A DNA stretch of 17,773 bases from the NCBI GenBank assembly GCA_029856155.1, contig JAHQWL010000084.1, positions 1 to 17,773 on the forward strand. Reading direction: 5' to 3'. The notes under the pieces are model-generated. The model was not told the DNA's origin and ran no database searches. It was given only the letters and a program-made list of their open reading frames with translations. The stretch comes from Promethearchaeia archaeon (GTDB lineage Archaea > Asgardarchaeota > Lokiarchaeia > Sigyniarchaeales > SOKP01). How positions within the stretch are numbered: position 1 is the stretch's first letter; each line of letters begins with the position of its first letter. Shown here piece by piece: positions 16,260 to 17,773 of the stretch. The translations under genes were made by a program, and so were the position numbers.

Positions 16260-17773
16260 ATGGATCAAGAATTTGACGTTATTGTGGTTGGTGCGGGATT
16301 TGGTGGTCCTGTTGCGGCATTGATTTGTGCTCAAGCGGGACTGAAGACACTTATAATAGAAAGATCTGAAAATGTAGGAGATAAAGTTATTTCTGGACTG
16401 ACAATTCCATTTTATGGCTTCTTATTTGGACCAGAATTTATAAGAGATGGAAATCCGCCAATTGAACGCCCCTCAGATGGGATAATAAATTATATCATAA
16501 AGGATATAGAGAAAGGAGATATTGAGATTGATGATTCTTTAAAAGTTCCTAAGCCATTTTCACCGGTATTTGCTTTTGGGTATAATACTTATTGTAAGCT
16601 TTTTTGTGAATGGGAAGTGAGAAAAGCAGTTGATGCGGGTGCTTTATTGAAGAAATCTACTACAGTAATCGATGTTATTAAAGAGGAGGGTTGCATAAAG
16701 GGTATTATAACAGATAAAGGAGAAAGAATCCGAAGCAAAATCATCATTGATGCTGAAGGATCAAAAGGATTATTAGCAATAAAAGCAGGAGTTAGAAAAA
16801 AATATCGTCCTGAGACGATATCTTTGGCTGATACCTATGATTATGTTATGTTAAAAGAGGATGTTGACAAAATCTTTGGTTATTCTGTAAAAATGTGTTG
16901 GGGATGGGATGAACAAAGGATAGCACCACCACTTGGATATGGAAACGGTTTGATGGTGTGGCCTTATCGGAATAGTCTCCATTTTATGCAAGATCAGTGT
17001 TTAAAAATGAATGGAGGCCCCGTACCTAATTTAAGTAAATCCTTTAAAGAATATCATAAAAATATTACAGAACAATTACCTTGGTGGAAAAATTTAGTAG
17101 CACCTCGTGCAAAATTAAGAGCAAGGATGTGGGCTGGTTTTGAAATATATGTAGGTTTGAATAAGAAACTACGCAATATGGCTAATCACACAGATGGAAT
17201 GATATTAATAGGAGATGCTGCGGGACTCGAAAGTACAGAATTATGTGACGGAGTTCCTGCGGCATGGTTTTCAGCAGAAATAGCTGCAAATGTAGCAATT
17301 GAAGCTATAGCTGCCAATGATACTTCAAAATCATTCTTGGATAAATATGATAGAAAAATAAAAAACCATCCAATAATTCAATGGTCTATTTCTGGAAGAA
17401 ATAGATATAATTTACGGAATGCTCAAAAGGAGCACAGTCTTAAAAAGCTAAGAAAGTACATTCATAATGGGTGGGGGTTAGGAGCATTAACCCATTTTAT
17501 GACTCCATTTTTTAAACTGCTTCTTTTATATGTGAAGAACGACCCAACAATTATAACAAAATGGATTAGAATGTTTTTTAGGTATTATCAAAATTGGCTT
17601 TATGAGAGTTATGATTACTCTAGGAAACGACAAGTTAAACAAATCGCATCGAAAAAGCTTAAAAGAATGGAAAAGAAATTCATGCGATACATAAGAGTAG
17701 TGGATTCTCTTTTAAGATCATTGAAAAAAAGACAAAAATTACTTTCTGTTATAGTGATCCCCTTTTCCAATTC
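16260..17773 (+). CDS. FAD-dependent oxidoreductase, FixC/geranylgeranyl-reductase family, 3'-truncated by the window edge
   Basis: Manual translation from ATG 16260: MDQEFDVIVVGAGFGGPVAA...IIERSENVGDK...PIERP...IIIDAEG...LIGDAAG (17208). The frame was open wherever checked, including the window end (over 500 aa). Missing from the ORF track because it has no stop. Confidence 0.88.
   Translation, partial: MDQEFDVIVVGAGFGGPVAALICAQAGLKTLIIERSENVGDKVISGLTIPFYGFLFGPEFIRDGNPPIERPSDGIINYIIKDIEKGDIEIDDSLKVPKPFSPVFAFGYNTYCKLFCEWEVRKAVDAGALLKKSTTVIDVIKEEGCIKGIITDKGERIRSKIIIDAEGSKGLLAIKAGVRKKYRPETISLADTYDYVMLKEDVDKIFGYSVKMCWGWDEQRIAPPLGYGNGLMVWPYRNSLHFMQDQCLKMNGGPVPNLSKSFKEYHKNITEQLPWWKNLVAPRAKLRARMWAGFEIYVGLNKKLRNMANHTDGMILIGDAAGLESTELCDGVPAAWFSAEIAANVAIEAIAANDTSKSFLDKYDRKIKNHPIIQWSISGRNRYNLRNAQKEHSLKKLRKYIHNGWGLGALTHFMTPFFKLLLLYVKNDPTIITKWIRMFFRYYQNWLYESYDYSRKRQVKQIASKKLKRMEKKFMRYIRVVDSLLRSLKKRQKLLSVIVIPFSN

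Overview
AT-rich (roughly 30% GC by eye) archaeal DNA, most consistent with an Asgard archaeon of the Lokiarchaeia type. This is an inference from the Arf-like GTPase, longin/uDENN-like domains, TFB paralogues with a CC-x-P...CxxC zinc ribbon, and a CCG-domain Fe-S protein. It is an accessory-looking region with about 17 intact genes of mixed orientation, plus several gene fragments (RNase HI N-terminus, TFB C-terminal half, a PHP/DUF3604-like C-terminus). Highlights: (1) a 1130-aa fusion of uDENN/longin-like, Arf-like GTPase, a second uDENN/longin-like domain, two PAS, GAF and a catalytically dead histidine kinase; (2) a dispersed 29-bp intergenic element (two identical copies, one 25/29 copy, several degenerate or inverted ones) with the 11-6-11 TAA-N6-TTA geometry of Xer/dif tyrosine-recombinase sites, located at gene-module junctions; (3) two genes (TFB, SDR) whose conserved N-terminal domains lie upstream of any in-frame ATG/GTG/TTG, suggesting ATT initiation. 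No rRNA, tRNA, CRISPR array, integrase or transposase was seen.
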